Counted from the stretch's first letter, positions 38,156 through 48,707 are shown. The stretch is DNA of 64,000 nt from Bacillota bacterium (GCA_023460515.1 JAEWPS010000038.1:7409-71408), one strand, 5' to 3'. Notes: generated from the sequence alone by a model not told the origin. Numbers and translations: made by a program.

Positions 38156-40900
38156 CTAATTATTACTTTCTAAAATGTTAGCACAATCATAACAAGCATA
38201 GCGGTACTTTATATGTCTACCAACATCATTTCTATAATTATGACACCTTTCACATTTCTGTGCTTCAGACTTTTGCACTAAAGCAACAAATTTATTAGAA
38301 ATTTCAACATCAATATTTGATATATTTAATGCTTTTAAGATATCATTATTATTTTGTTGTATAAACTCATACATTTCCTTTTTACATTTTACTAAAATAG
38401 ATGCTTGTAATGTGTCACCTATTATATTATCATTTTGAGCACTTGATATATATTTTCTTATTTTCTTTTTAAAATCAAATATTTTATTCCATTTTTCACA
38501 TTCTTTAGAATAATTATCTATATTATTTTCTTTGTTTTCTCTTTCATATAACAAATTATCAAAATCAGTCAAATATGAACAACTTTCAATAAATAAATAC
38601 GGTACAATTGGGCTAAGATAAATATTAAGCATATTAAATATATCATATAACATAGATTGAGTTGACCTTCTATTTTTACTATCTTGTTTCAAAATATACA
38701 AGTTATATTTTATAGAATTGAAATATTCTTCACATAAAGTTTCTAAACAGAAGTCTTTAATTAACATATATGCCTCATAAAAATCAAATTCATTATAGCA
38801 CCTTATAAGTTTCTTGCGTAAATCCTTTGTTTTAATATAAATATACTTGTCCAAATCTGTTCTGTTTTCAATATTTATATAATGTTTTTTAAAATCAAAA
38901 TCAGATATGTTAGATATTATAAAACCAAGTGTTTTTCTTATATTAGTATATATTCTTTCTTCATACCTTACATTATTTTCATCTATCAATATAGTTTTGT
39001 TTTTAGATTTATGTAATGCCCATAACCTTAATATATCAGGACCATATTTATTTATTATATCCTCGATATCTATATTTGTTATTATAAAATCTTGATCATC
39101 CCTAAGATTTTTTATATCTTCTTTCAAATAGAATTTTGGAACACCTAAAATCTTTTTATTTTTAATTATATTTCCATATATAAAAAATTTATCTATTTTT
39201 TTCATTTCTTCATTAAATCTGTCATTATATCTATTTATCTCTACACTTTTAATAAACTTATCAATGTTTGAAATAAATATATTATTTATTTTTTCATAAC
39301 TTGAATCTATGTTTGCTATATCTGATGATAATATTTCAAATGATTCATTAAATAAATTTTCATTCTTATAAAAAAATATACCACCACAATCACAGGCAAT
39401 AACACCGTCTAATAATTCTTCTGGTGTCATTTTATATACACTTTCACTGCCGTATTTTTCAATTTTATCTTTATATTGTTTAATAACTTTTTCGTTTATT
39501 ATTTTTTTATTACAAAGACCACAAGTAATAGATGGAATTATAACACCCTTATTTGTATTTTTAGATATTTTTAAATATTGGGATTTTTTATCCAAAAAAT
39601 TAATATGCATACTAGATTTTTTTAATATTTTATTTATATCATTTTCTATAGATTTATTACCACTTTCTTTAATATACCATTCAGAAAGATATCTATATAC
39701 AAGTTCACTATCACAATTTTCACATTTAGGAATATTAATTTTTTTTCTATCTATAAAAAGTAACATGTCGGACTTTCTAAGTTTATCGATTATATTTAAG
39801 TTAGCATCTTTGTAATACATAAATTTATATTCATCTATAACTGCACAAATTTTCCCATCCATATCTATATAATTTCTTATTTGATTTAAACCATTTTCTT
39901 TAAATATAGAATACTCAAGATAACTATGCGCAGGCGTTATAGTAATTGCTTTAGTATTTATTTTTGATAAGTCCATAGCTGTAGTCAAACATTTTATTTT
40001 CTTACTAGAATCTATGGAACTCAGGAATGTCATATTTTCTAACAATTTCCCAGACAAAGTTTTTTTGACTTTATATTTAAAAATAAGTGCATTTGCCATA
40101 TAATCTTCTACATATTTACTAGCAATTATATAGTGCAATTCCACTCCCTGCTGTGATATTACCTCTACTATACTATACTCTTCATCCTTTTGAACAGCAA
40201 CATTACTGATTCCAATTAAGGTCCAAGGTCTTATTGTAGAAGCAACAATAAAGGTATTTCTTAAATTATTATATTCAGCTAAAACATAATCTGGATCATC
40301 TTGAGCCCTAAATAATATATGAAATATTGAAACATTAATCTTATTATTTACCTCTATTACATTTTTACATTTTGTACAACATTTAGTAGGTGTATCTACG
40401 CTATATATTTTACCAGAATTATATAATTCAAAAAACAAATCAATCATCTTTTGTGAAAATATAAGACTAGTAGTAGTGTTATATGATTTTGTAAAATCAA
40501 TAATGCTACCAGATTTATTGATTGTGTTTATTTCTTTTTTTATAACATCATTCATGCTTTTGAATTTTTTGTTATTACTTTCTATACTATTTGTATATGA
40601 AAGTAATAACTTAGTTTCCGCTATTTGTCCACTCATTAGTGAATATCTTATAATAATATCTTTCAAAATATTACCTAGGAGATCATTGTTAGTAAGTTTA
40701 GTATCTAGTTCAATAGGTACCTCAGATATATACGTTTTTATTTTTGAGTTACGGTTTATTTCTAATGATTTTATATAGTTATTACTTGTTAGTAACTTAT
40801 CATTAAAATATCCTGTTCTTAATTCTAAACTTGCATACACACTCAAAGTTTTTTTAGGTAGATTTAAAGTTTTTTCAAAATTTTTATTATTTATATCCAT
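38156..40900 (-). CDS. isoleucyl-tRNA synthetase-like protein lacking HIGH and KMSKS signatures (probable pseudo-synthetase)
   Basis: 914 aa, collinear with Firmicute IleRS: N-terminal EKTLNLPKK, LGNILKDIIIRY, TIRPWTL, ITITPAHSYLEY, CENCDSELVYRYLSEWY, INKYGPDILRLW and a C-terminal CERCHNY...CYDC zinc knuckle. The HIGH position reads KLTNNDLLGN, and no KMSKS-like loop precedes YGPDILRLW. Confidence 0.7.
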   Translation of the reverse strand: MDINNKNFEKTLNLPKKTLSVYASLELRTGYFNDKLLTSNNYIKSLEINRNSKIKTYISEVPIELDTKLTNNDLLGNILKDIIIRYSLMSGQIAETKLLLSYTNSIESNNKKFKSMNDVIKKEINTINKSGSIIDFTKSYNTTTSLIFSQKMIDLFFELYNSGKIYSVDTPTKCCTKCKNVIEVNNKINVSIFHILFRAQDDPDYVLAEYNNLRNTFIVASTIRPWTLIGISNVAVQKDEEYSIVEVISQQGVELHYIIASKYVEDYMANALIFKYKVKKTLSGKLLENMTFLSSIDSSKKIKCLTTAMDLSKINTKAITITPAHSYLEYSIFKENGLNQIRNYIDMDGKICAVIDEYKFMYYKDANLNIIDKLRKSDMLLFIDRKKINIPKCENCDSELVYRYLSEWYIKESGNKSIENDINKILKKSSMHINFLDKKSQYLKISKNTNKGVIIPSITCGLCNKKIINEKVIKQYKDKIEKYGSESVYKMTPEELLDGVIACDCGGIFFYKNENLFNESFEILSSDIANIDSSYEKINNIFISNIDKFIKSVEINRYNDRFNEEMKKIDKFFIYGNIIKNKKILGVPKFYLKEDIKNLRDDQDFIITNIDIEDIINKYGPDILRLWALHKSKNKTILIDENNVRYEERIYTNIRKTLGFIISNISDFDFKKHYINIENRTDLDKYIYIKTKDLRKKLIRCYNEFDFYEAYMLIKDFCLETLCEEYFNSIKYNLYILKQDSKNRRSTQSMLYDIFNMLNIYLSPIVPYLFIESCSYLTDFDNLLYERENKENNIDNYSKECEKWNKIFDFKKKIRKYISSAQNDNIIGDTLQASILVKCKKEMYEFIQQNNNDILKALNISNIDVEISNKFVALVQKSEAQKCERCHNYRNDVGRHIKYRYACYDCANILESNN

Positions 40901-40935
40901 ATAATAACTCCTTCATTTGAAGATTTATGGCAATT

Positions 40936-42042
40936 TTATTTTCTTTTAAATTTTAAAATATGTTTAATTCCTACTGCATGAACTGGACAATGCTCTAAAC
41001 AACAAAAACATCTTATACATTTATTTTTGTCTTTTAAAACAACTTTGTTATTTATTAATTTAAGCGCATTAACCGGGCACCTATCTATACATAATTTGCA
41101 TCTTATACACTTCTTATCATTAAAGGTTGGATAAGGTTTAATAAATTTAGTTAATCTAAAAACACGGCCAAAACGTTTTTTAGATAAAGTATCTGGAAGT
41201 TTAAAATCTTTTATGTTTATGTCTTTTATTTTTTCTCCCACAACTTCAATTGATTTTGGATTAGTAAGTATGCCTCTTTCAATACTGTTTTTAACAATAT
41301 ATGAGTCTTCTAATTTTAAATTTATTAATTTAGAAGCTATATAATCTATTTCAAATTGATTACTCGAAGCTATTATTAGCCCAGTATTTCTTGGAGTACC
41401 AGAATTTGGTCCATTACCTTCCATCGAATATATTGCATCAACGATTGTTATTTGATTTTTAACATAACTAGATATATCTATTATTGCGTCTGCAAAGTCA
41501 CTATAGCTTGGATAAATAGAATGAATTTCAGCCTTTCTTTCACCTGGAACTATTCCAAATAAATTTTTAACTGCACATGTTAAATTCATCATAGCATGAG
41601 TTTTAAGTTTTGGAAGATTTATAACTAAATCTGCATTTAATATTGGATTTATAATTTCTATATTTTTTACAAGTTTTCCATTTATATTGACTAATTTAGA
41701 TGTAATATCTAAATTTAAAGTAGCCCCTATCTCTTCTGTTTCTAAATAACCTAATTTTTCATAAACTTTAGATAAACCTTTACTACTATATTTACCTGGT
41801 GGACTATCACAAATTACACATTTTGCTCCAAGAGATACTACTTTCTTTGCTACACACTTAGTAAACAAATGATGAGTAGTAGTTGCTGTATTTTCATCCC
41901 TTATAGCTAATAAATTTGGTTTTAACACAACGTTCATACCACTTGTTATTCTTTCATTAAATTTTAAATCAATAAATATCTTATTAATTGACTCATCAAT
42001 TAATTTTTCATCATAAGTTTCACATTTATATATACCAACCAT
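40936..42042 (-). CDS. DUF362 domain protein with C-terminal 2x[4Fe-4S] ferredoxin motifs
   Basis: 368 aa with CIRCKLCIDRCP and CIRCFCCLEHCP at the C-terminus, and a DUF362-like N-terminal body. Confidence 0.75.
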   Translation of the reverse strand: MVGIYKCETYDEKLIDESINKIFIDLKFNERITSGMNVVLKPNLLAIRDENTATTTHHLFTKCVAKKVVSLGAKCVICDSPPGKYSSKGLSKVYEKLGYLETEEIGATLNLDITSKLVNINGKLVKNIEIINPILNADLVINLPKLKTHAMMNLTCAVKNLFGIVPGERKAEIHSIYPSYSDFADAIIDISSYVKNQITIVDAIYSMEGNGPNSGTPRNTGLIIASSNQFEIDYIASKLINLKLEDSYIVKNSIERGILTNPKSIEVVGEKIKDINIKDFKLPDTLSKKRFGRVFRLTKFIKPYPTFNDKKCIRCKLCIDRCPVNALKLINNKVVLKDKNKCIRCFCCLEHCPVHAVGIKHILKFKRK

Positions 42043-42746
42043 TAATCTCCTCTTTTATTATTTATTATATTTTCTAATTCAATAATTCTTTTAGAAATAT
42101 CATCTGTATTTGAAGTTAAATAACTCCCTACAACAAAACTATTTACTCCTAATTTATTTGGTCTAATTATTGTACTATCATTTATTCCGCCATCTATTTG
42201 TACTAATTTTTTCATATCTAAAGCTATTTCTATCTTTTTATTTACCTTATTAATATAAGTTTGACCACCCATACCAGGTTTTACACTCATTAAAAGAATA
42301 ACATCACACATGCTTGAATAATTAAATATTTTTTTTATATCTGTATCTGGTTTTATTGATATACCAATAGATAATTTCTTTTTCTCCTTTTTTAAACTAT
42401 CTTTAACAGTATTCAAATATTTTAAATTGTCATATAGGTTGTCAATTTCATAATGAATAGTTATATTATCTGCACCTAATTCTAATGCCTTATCTATATA
42501 ATCTTTAGGATTAAAGCACATTAAATGTACATCAACAAAAAAATTATATTTTTTAACAACTTTTATTAGCTCAATATTAATACCATGATTAGCTACAAAG
42601 TCTCCATCCATTACGTCAAAATGAATAATTAAGTTATTTAAACTAAATTCTTTTCTTATTTCATTTAATTTAAATAAAAAGTTTTCTAAATCATCTACAT
42701 TCAAAATAGATATTGAAATAGTTTTTTCTTTTAAAAAATTACTCAT
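42042..42746 (-). CDS. rpe: ribulose-phosphate 3-epimerase
   Basis: 234 aa with HFDVMDGDFVAN, DVHLM, MSVKPGMGGQ and QIDGGIN. Confidence 0.9.
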   Translation of the reverse strand: MSNFLKEKTISISILNVDDLENFLFKLNEIRKEFSLNNLIIHFDVMDGDFVANHGINIELIKVVKKYNFFVDVHLMCFNPKDYIDKALELGADNITIHYEIDNLYDNLKYLNTVKDSLKKEKKKLSIGISIKPDTDIKKIFNYSSMCDVILLMSVKPGMGGQTYINKVNKKIEIALDMKKLVQIDGGINDSTIIRPNKLGVNSFVVGSYLTSNTDDISKRIIELENIINNKRGD

Positions 42747-42757
42747 ACACTACCTCT

Positions 42758-43658
42758 TCACTTATATTTAACATCTTCTTTTTCTTTTAAAGATGTATAT
42801 ATATATTTATACCTTTCATATCTTAGCACATCTATTTCACTATTATCTACTGCCTGTTTAACCTTACATACTTTTATGCCTTCGTTTATATGATTACAAT
42901 CTAAATAATCACATGTATATTTAGAAAATTCATCATAGTATTTTTTTAAATCTTCAGATTCTATATCATATAAATCATAGCTTGAAAACCCAGGAGTATC
43001 TAAAATATATGAATTTTGGCATATACTATATAATTTTACATACTTTGTTGTATGTTTACCTTTGTTTATTTTAGAAGCTATCTCTCCAACTTCTATATTA
43101 AGTAAATTATTATTTAATAGTTTCATTATTACAGAAGATTTACCGTACGCCAGAATTACCTGAAAAAGCAGATGTTTTACCTAATAATTTTTCTTTCAAT
43201 TTTTCTAAGCCAATTTCATCTTTACTACTTATTTCTAGAATTTCAATATTAGAATAAGTTTTTTTAATATACTCTAAATCAATATTTAAATCATCATTAA
43301 GTAAATCAATTTTATTAATACATATTATTGGAGTAATATTTTTACTTCTACATAGAACTAATTGTTTATCTAATAAAATATAATCTGGTTTAGGATTATC
43401 TATAGATACTAATAGTATCATTTGATCGATATTGCTTACAGGTGGACGTATAACGAAATTTTTTCTTTGGTATATTTCTGTTATAACATAAATATCATAA
43501 CTTTTGTTTATATTAACAATATCTCCAACATATATTTTATTTTTTTTCATATTACCAGGTAAAATAGCAGTATGAAGAGAATTACTCTCTTCATCTACTG
43601 TTATATACTTATCTAGTAATATCTCTATTACTTTTGACTTAATAAAATCCTTATTCAA
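42758..43658 (-). pseudogene. rsgA: ribosome small-subunit GTPase RsgA (YloQ) split by a 1-nt insertion inside the P-loop codons
   Basis: The N-terminal ORF ends ...SAFSGNSGVR* (stop 43140..43142). Skipping one base at ~43145 gives GNSGV-GKSSVIMKLLNN..., restoring G1 (GxSGVGKSS) in frame with ORF 42758..43126, which carries DTPGF and the zinc-finger CDYLDCNH...C. G4 (CINKIDL) is in the N-terminal part. Confidence 0.75.
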
Positions 43659-43669
43659 ATTAATCTCCT

Positions 43670-45697
43670 TTATTCAGTAAATTTAATTGTTTGTGATTTA
43701 ACTTCTTTTCCATCTATATATATTTTTAAAGACGCAGATGTATATCCGTTAAGTGTAAACTCTGCTTTAGTAGCAGTTGGTGCAAATGATTTATCAAATA
43801 CTGTATTAGCAGCTGATCCATCTATACTTGCGGTTACTTTTACTTCAATATTATCTGTATATTCAGTTGTACCTTTTAACTCAGTTAAATTTAACGAAAC
43901 TACTTTACTTACAGAAAGTCTATTAACAGTTATTGTAACTAAATCTCCCTCTTTTAATTCCTGATTTTGAGGATAGCTTTGAGCAATTACAGTTCCATTA
44001 GCTTTACTTTCATCTTTTCCAGTTTCAACTTTTACTGTTAATTTCAAATCTGTTAAAGTTTTATTTGCAGCAGCTTCTGTAGAACCTAACACTGATGGCA
44101 TAACTATTCTAGCTTTTCCATCACCTTTACTTACTTTAATCTTTATAGTACTTCCAAAAGGCAATTGTGTATCTTTAACAGGATCTTGTGATATAACTAT
44201 ATTTTGTAATATTTTAGTACTTACTTCTTCTTCAGCAGCAATTACAAAACCAAGTGTATCTTCTAGTTCATATTTAACAACCTTAATATCTTTACCTGTA
44301 ACATCAGGAACCGTAACCATTTTTTGACCTTTACTTACAACAACATAAATTTTCCTATTTGTTGTTGAAGTAGCCTTTTCAGGTGTTTGCGATATTATTA
44401 ATCCAACTGCTAAAGTAGCATCATATTCAGCTTTATCTTGAATGATTTCAATATTTTGAGTTGCATATTCTTTTACTACTTCTTCAAAGCTTCTACCAAC
44501 TAAATTTGGAACTTCGTATGAAATAGCTGGTTTATTATCTGCATTAATTTTGTTGATTATTTTAACCGTAAAAAATATTATAATAGATAAAAGAATTACG
44601 CCTACAACTGCAGCAATTATAATTATTGTTTTTTTGCTTAACTTTTTATCTGATTTTTCTACTTCTTCGTTTACTTCATCATCTTTTACTATTTCTTTAT
44701 TTTCTTGTTTTAATTCATTTTTTGTACTTTTTGATGTTACCAAATTCATTCTACGAGCATTTCTTGTTCTTAGATTTGGTACTATATTTTCTTCAATTAT
44801 TTCATCTGTTATAACAGGAATAATTTGTGTATTTCCAGCTTCTACAGATGAATTTATTTTAGCATATTTACTAGAATTATTAAGTGCATTATGAATATCT
44901 TCCAACATTTCAGTTGCACTCTTATATCTACTAGCAGTATTTTTTGCCATTGCTTTTAAAATTATACCATTTAACTCTTCAGATATTTTATCATTAACAA
45001 CAATAGGTTCAATAGGCATTTCTTGTATATGTTTCAATGCAACAGAAACAGGAGAATCACTATTAAATGGTACTCTACCAGTAGCCATTTCGTACATAAC
45101 AACGCCAAGTGAATATATATCTGATTTTTCATCTGTATACCCACCTTTAGCATGCTCTGGAGAAAAATAATGTACTGATCCCATAGTTGTTCCAAAATTA
45201 GTTATTGTTGTTGAAGTAGTTGCTTTTGCTATACCAAAATCTGTTACCTTAGCAACCATATTTCTATTTAAAACTATATTCTGTGGTTTTATATCTCTAT
45301 GTATAATATGTTCTTTATGTGCAGCTTCTAACGCTGATGCTATTTGCATAGATATTTTTAATGTTTCCTCTGTTGAAAGAGCACCTTTTTCCTCTATATA
45401 ATCTTTTAAAGATCTACTTTCTAAAAGTTCCATAACTATATAGTTTATTCCGTTTTCTTCACCAACATCATATACAGAAACTATATTTGGATGAGTTAAA
45501 GAAGCTGCGGATTGTGCTTCAGTTTTAAATCTTTTAACAAATGTATCATCTTTAGCATACTCTGGTTTGAGTACTTTAACAGCAACGTTTCTGTTTAGTA
45601 ATCTACATCTAGCTTTATACACGTAAGCCATTCCACCTACACCAATTTCTTCAATTATCTCATATCTATTAGATAATACCTTACCTATAAGTTCCAT
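43670..45697 (-). CDS. prkC: Ser/Thr protein kinase with PASTA repeats
   Basis: 675 aa. Hanks kinase domain (GVGGMAYVYKA, HRDIKPQN, DFGIA), a TM helix and three PASTA-like repeats. Confidence 0.92.
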   Translation of the reverse strand: MELIGKVLSNRYEIIEEIGVGGMAYVYKARCRLLNRNVAVKVLKPEYAKDDTFVKRFKTEAQSAASLTHPNIVSVYDVGEENGINYIVMELLESRSLKDYIEEKGALSTEETLKISMQIASALEAAHKEHIIHRDIKPQNIVLNRNMVAKVTDFGIAKATTSTTITNFGTTMGSVHYFSPEHAKGGYTDEKSDIYSLGVVMYEMATGRVPFNSDSPVSVALKHIQEMPIEPIVVNDKISEELNGIILKAMAKNTASRYKSATEMLEDIHNALNNSSKYAKINSSVEAGNTQIIPVITDEIIEENIVPNLRTRNARRMNLVTSKSTKNELKQENKEIVKDDEVNEEVEKSDKKLSKKTIIIIAAVVGVILLSIIIFFTVKIINKINADNKPAISYEVPNLVGRSFEEVVKEYATQNIEIIQDKAEYDATLAVGLIISQTPEKATSTTNRKIYVVVSKGQKMVTVPDVTGKDIKVVKYELEDTLGFVIAAEEEVSTKILQNIVISQDPVKDTQLPFGSTIKIKVSKGDGKARIVMPSVLGSTEAAANKTLTDLKLTVKVETGKDESKANGTVIAQSYPQNQELKEGDLVTITVNRLSVSKVVSLNLTELKGTTEYTDNIEVKVTASIDGSAANTVFDKSFAPTATKAEFTLNGYTSASLKIYIDGKEVKSQTIKFTE

Positions 45698-45711
45698 AAT
45701 CCAAACTCCTT

Positions 45712-46467
45712 TTAATTTAAACTTGAAATATCAATTACAAGAGCAGTAATATTATCAATTCCGCCTTTATCATTTGATTCTTCAACTATTTTCTGTGCTA
45801 TTATATCAAATTCATTATCTTTAAATATATTTAATATCTCGTGGTCTTTGATCATATTTGTCACACCATCAGTGCATAAAAGAATGTAACCATCAAGCTT
45901 ATCATCTACTTTACTAACTTCAGTATCTATTTCCTTAAATACTCCTACTGCTTTTGTAAGAATATGTTTTTGTGGATGATTTTTAGATTCTTCATAAGTT
46001 ATAATATTAGTTTTAACTAATGTATTTACATAAGTATCATCTTCAGTCAAACGTACTATTTCAGTCAAATTTCTATTTATATAATATATTCTACTATCTC
46101 CAATAGATAAGTAATATATAGTATCAAAATATCTAAATACAACTAATAATGTAGTACCCATTCCTTTATATTTAATATCTGTTTTTTCAAGATTAAATAT
46201 CTTTTCATTAACATTTGAAACTATATTTCTTAACATATTAGATACATATTTATCTTTATTTTTACTTTTAGATATACCTTCATATTCATATAATATACTT
46301 TCATATATAGATTCTGCACATATTTTACTTGCAACTTCACCACATTCATATCCGCCAAGTCCATCAGCCACAATATATATGTCACATGCATTATCTATTT
46401 TTTTTACTAAATAGTAATCTTCATTTATTTCTCTTTTTTTACCTACGTCACTTCTAACAACATACAT
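45712..46467 (-). CDS. stp: PP2C-family Ser/Thr phosphatase (Stp/PrpC)
   Basis: 251 aa with NEDYY, VADGLGG, IGDSR and CTDGV, directly upstream of prkC. Confidence 0.9.
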   Translation of the reverse strand: MYVVRSDVGKKREINEDYYLVKKIDNACDIYIVADGLGGYECGEVASKICAESIYESILYEYEGISKSKNKDKYVSNMLRNIVSNVNEKIFNLEKTDIKYKGMGTTLLVVFRYFDTIYYLSIGDSRIYYINRNLTEIVRLTEDDTYVNTLVKTNIITYEESKNHPQKHILTKAVGVFKEIDTEVSKVDDKLDGYILLCTDGVTNMIKDHEILNIFKDNEFDIIAQKIVEESNDKGGIDNITALVIDISSLN

Positions 46468-46622
46468 GAATAAAAACCACCTACTTTCATATGATATATT
46501 TTACTACATAATACATTATATTGCAAGACTTGTCAAAAAATTTAATATAATTTAATGCAATATAATAACAACTTGAAAAAATACATTCATACCAACTTAT
46601 ATAAGCTGATATGAATATTTTA

Positions 46623-47660
46623 TTATCCTTTATTTTCTTCTATATGTTTCTGCCTCAATTGTCCACAAGCAGCATCTATATCACTACCTAATTCTCTTCT
46701 TACTGTCGTAACAACACCTGATGAATTTAGTGTATCCATAAATATTTGTATGTTTTTTTCTTTAGGTTTAGAATACATACCATTTTTGATTTCGTTTACA
46801 GGAATTAAATTTACGTGAGCAATCATGCCACGTAAAAGTTTTGCTAAACTAAGAGCTACTTCTTTCGTATCATTTACTTCATTAATTAAAGCATATTCAA
46901 AACTAATTCTTCTACCTGTCGTTTTTATATAATATTTGCAAGCATCAAGTAATTCTTTAATTGTATATTTATTTGCTATAGGCATAATTTTTCTTCTTTC
47001 TTCATCAGTAGTACTATGTAGAGAAATAGATAAGGTACATTGTATATTTTCGTCTGCTAATTTATATATATTTGGAACAATACCACATGTAGATAAACTT
47101 ATATGTCTAGCCCCTATATTTAGTCCTAAGGGATAATTAATTATTCTAATAGATTTTACTACATTATCGTAATTATCTAAAGGTTCACCAATTCCCATAT
47201 ATACAACATTTGAAATTCTTTCTTTAGTATATTTTTCAACAGCAATTATTTGTCCTTCAATTTCACTTGCAAGTAAACTTCTTTCATAACCAGCTTTAGT
47301 AGAAGCACAAAATTTACATCCCATTTTGCATCCAACTTGTGTCGATACACATATAGTATTTCCATGATTATATTTCATAAATACAGCTTCAATGGCGCAA
47401 TTATCTGGAAGTTTAATCAAGAACTTAATTGTATCGTCTTTTGTAGATTTTTGAGCTTCTAAAATAGTTAATTTCATTATACTAGTATTTTCTTTTAATT
47501 TATCTCTTAAACTTTTAGATATATCCGTCATTTCATCAAAACTCTCTACTTTTTCTCTATGTAACCATTTATATATTTGTTTTGCGTGAAACTTCTTTTC
47601 ACCTAATTCATCAATGTATTTTTCTAATTCCTCTAATGTATATTCATTCAAAATTATCAT
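46623..47660 (-). CDS. rlmN: 23S rRNA (adenine2503-C2)-methyltransferase RlmN
   Basis: 345 aa with the radical SAM motif GCKMGCKFCAST and a C-terminal DIDAACGQL. Its start overlaps the fmt stop by 4 nt. Confidence 0.92.
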   Translation of the reverse strand: MIILNEYTLEELEKYIDELGEKKFHAKQIYKWLHREKVESFDEMTDISKSLRDKLKENTSIMKLTILEAQKSTKDDTIKFLIKLPDNCAIEAVFMKYNHGNTICVSTQVGCKMGCKFCASTKAGYERSLLASEIEGQIIAVEKYTKERISNVVYMGIGEPLDNYDNVVKSIRIINYPLGLNIGARHISLSTCGIVPNIYKLADENIQCTLSISLHSTTDEERRKIMPIANKYTIKELLDACKYYIKTTGRRISFEYALINEVNDTKEVALSLAKLLRGMIAHVNLIPVNEIKNGMYSKPKEKNIQIFMDTLNSSGVVTTVRRELGSDIDAACGQLRQKHIEENKG

Positions 47661-48601
47661 TCAAACATATCTCCCAATTCTATTTTATTTCCATTTAAAA
47701 ATGCAGATATCTCCATAACTTTACTACCTTGTGGTTGTATTTTAATTACTTCAATACAGCTATCTTTGCATTTGATAACTAATCTATTTTTATTAACATA
47801 AACAACTTGACCAATATTTCCTTCAAAATTTTCGGCTATTTTTACTTCTAATACCTTAAACTTTCTGCCATCATTATGGATTATATAACTTCCTATGTAT
47901 GGAGAAAGGCCTCTTACAAAATTAAATATTTCTCTAGCAGATTTATTAAAATCTATTTTTGTCATATCTTTTTCTATCATAGGTGCAATAGTAAAATCAC
48001 CTTCTTGTTTTATTCTAACTATATCCCCAATAACTATTTTATCTAAAGTTTTAACTAATAAATCACTACCAACTTGCATAAGTTTGTTTGTCATTGTTTC
48101 CAAATTATCTTTATCAGATATTTTCACTACTTCTTTAAGTAACATATCTCCTGTATCCATACCTATATCCATAAACATGGTAGTTATACCAGTTTCAGAT
48201 TCACCGTTGATTATAGCATGATGTATTGGAGCAGCACCTCTATATTTAGGAAGTAATGATCCATGAACATTTATACAACCTAATCTTGGAAAATCTAATA
48301 TTTCTTTTGGTAATATTTTTCCATAAGCAGTTACTGCAATTATGTCTGGTTTTAATTCATTTAATATTTCAATAATTTCTTCATTTTTTCTAATCTTTTG
48401 TGGTTGAAACACAGGTATATTTTTGCTTAGTGCATACTCTTTTACAACTGAAGCTTTTAACTTCATACCTCTACCGCTTAAAGTATCTGGGTTTGTAAAA
48501 ACTCCAACTACATCATATCCGCTTTCATATAAACCTTCTAACGAACATTTAGCAAATTCTGGTGTTCCCATAAATACAACTTTAATATTTTTTCTATTCA
48601 T
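47657..48601 (-). CDS. fmt: methionyl-tRNA formyltransferase
   Basis: 314 aa, KVVFMGTPEFA..., NVHGSLLPKYRGAAPI. GGAGG SD. Confidence 0.93.
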   Translation of the reverse strand: MNRKNIKVVFMGTPEFAKCSLEGLYESGYDVVGVFTNPDTLSGRGMKLKASVVKEYALSKNIPVFQPQKIRKNEEIIEILNELKPDIIAVTAYGKILPKEILDFPRLGCINVHGSLLPKYRGAAPIHHAIINGESETGITTMFMDIGMDTGDMLLKEVVKISDKDNLETMTNKLMQVGSDLLVKTLDKIVIGDIVRIKQEGDFTIAPMIEKDMTKIDFNKSAREIFNFVRGLSPYIGSYIIHNDGRKFKVLEVKIAENFEGNIGQVVYVNKNRLVIKCKDSCIEVIKIQPQGSKVMEISAFLNGNKIELGDMFE

Positions 48602-48627
48602 ATATACCTCCGCTTAAATCCAAATTA

Positions 48628-48656
48628 ATTATACCACAAATATGCTTGTTTAGCAA
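48628..48656 (-). promoter_or_regulatory. dedicated promoter for fmt (TTGCTA-N17-TGgTATAAT)
   Basis: On the minus strand: TTGCTA at 48651..48656 and an extended -10 TGGTATAAT with TATAAT at 48628..48633, ~27 nt before the fmt ATG. Confidence 0.6.
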
Positions 48657-48685
48657 TACTTTATGTTAATACATATATAAAAATA

Positions 48686-48707
48686 GCGCTACAAAATACT
48701 GTAACGC
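48686..48707 (-). terminator. weak hairpin terminator after giant gene 1
   Basis: GCGCTACA...TGTAACGC (one mismatch), followed by T-rich sequence on the minus strand. Confidence 0.35.

Noticed and set aside
40901-40935. Possible T-box leader upstream of the IleRS-like gene
   Set aside because: The intergenic gap is only 35 bp, which leaves no room for a T-box riboswitch. The gene is evidently co-transcribed with the DUF362 gene.
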